Shown here: positions 63,073-64,000 of the stretch, in pieces
Position numbering within the stretch: position 1 is the first letter of the stretch
Layout of the letters: each line of letters begins with the position of its first letter
Assembly: GCA_051047955.1 (NCBI GenBank)
Contig: JBPGPT010000009.1
Coordinates: forward strand, 310,001-374,000
Reading direction: 5' to 3'
From: Cystobasidiomycetes sp. EMM_F5
Taxonomy: Eukaryota
DNA length: 64,000 bases
The notes under the pieces: generated by a model
Told to the model about the DNA's origin: nothing
Databases searched by the model: none
Seen by the model: only the letters and a program-made list of their open reading frames with translations
Translations under genes and position numbers: made by a program

Positions 63073-64000
63073 ATTGTGACAGGCCTAGGAATTGGATAGA
63101 CGCGACAGTGCGAGACGGCCAGCAAACAAGACCCTTCAATCATTTCCTTACTATTGGATGATACCAGTAACGCAACGCTGATAACATCGAAGGCCTGAAG
63201 GTCGCCTAAGCGTTCTCCCACGGCTGCTCACCGTGAAGTATGGGCGGCATTGGATATCGACATCACGCGTACAAACCCGTAAAACTGACGCCTACGTTGA
63301 AGCACGACTATTCTGACAACAATGACTGTACACTGCATTGCGTTTGGACGACTCTCCGACCATCGGGTCGGACAGTGCCGCTTCGTAAATACGCCAGCCT
63401 CTTTACGCGCTCTTTACCATGCTCCGAATCGCGATTCCCGCGATGTTCCCAGCGTTGTGGATACGTTGTTGGCACGTCGTAGTCGGCAGACCTTCGACAA
63501 TGGCGGAAAGAGTACATTCTCTCGTATAACGCGTAGTTTGCGTAAGACCGACCAAATGCTGTCAGAGCATCAGCCTTCGGATTTGCTCTTTGTTGAAACA
63601 GCACGCTATGCCACGCTGTCAGCTCGACACTGTTGTTTGTGTCTTTATTGTAGCAGTGCCGATCAGCATTTCTCGTGAAACAAAAAGACTCTTTTGAGAG
63701 GCGCCGAAGGTCCAAGCGTGGTCTCTGAGTCGGCAGAGTTGTGGATTACCCATTGAAATGGCACAACGACAGGCGAAAGGGGCTGGCTTTTGATGTGTAT
63801 GTAGATATCGATGCTCGCTGTCAGGTGGATACATCAAGACTCGCACTCGCGCAGTTGGCAGGACACGTAGCGTCCGGTACCTTGGCTTGCATAACCTAAA
63901 ACAGCCCAATCTGCCCACAGACTGCTGGGGCAGCTCAACATTTCCGATTTCTCACCGACGTCTGGCAGCTGTGAGACCCCTTCTTGGCTAATCTTTGCAC

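Noticed and set aside
63100..64000. Short ORFs and a 7-bp hairpin (TCCGACC-ATCG-GGTCGGA, ~63355-63372)
   Set aside because: No family motif or ncRNA box elements; an isolated hairpin of this size is expected by chance in 64 kb.

Overview
A gene-dense, intron-rich eukaryotic window, almost certainly fungal and most likely a basidiomycete yeast (lineage inferred). Introns are short (mostly ~50-70 nt, GT-AG with CTRAY branch points) and intergenic gaps are mostly 60-300 bp. I reconstructed about 30 protein-coding genes by manual splicing, plus one tRNA-Glu(TTC). Recognisable genes include Cdh1, Yos9, an M20 amidohydrolase, bestrophin, Gyp8/TBC1D20, a GH18 chitinase, Syg1, bL28m, SDH4, Mak3, condensin Ycs4, BCP peroxiredoxin, Rtr1, iPGM and Snf8. 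I found no transposons, CRISPR arrays or rRNA. Best finding: the Gyp8/TBC1D20 stop is TGA-CTAG, the canonical readthrough context, followed by 79 sense codons in frame, which suggests a programmed readthrough isoform altering the tail anchor. Second: an intronless, bacterial-type cpYpsA SLOG gene sits head-to-head with an aldehyde reductase. Other oddities are an alternative-acceptor switch between secreted and membrane isoforms, a 60-bp in-frame gap between two tandem genes, GC-AG introns and AAG acceptors, and an atypical tRNA acceptor stem. No database searches were run: family calls rest on recognised motifs, and exon boundaries are predictions.
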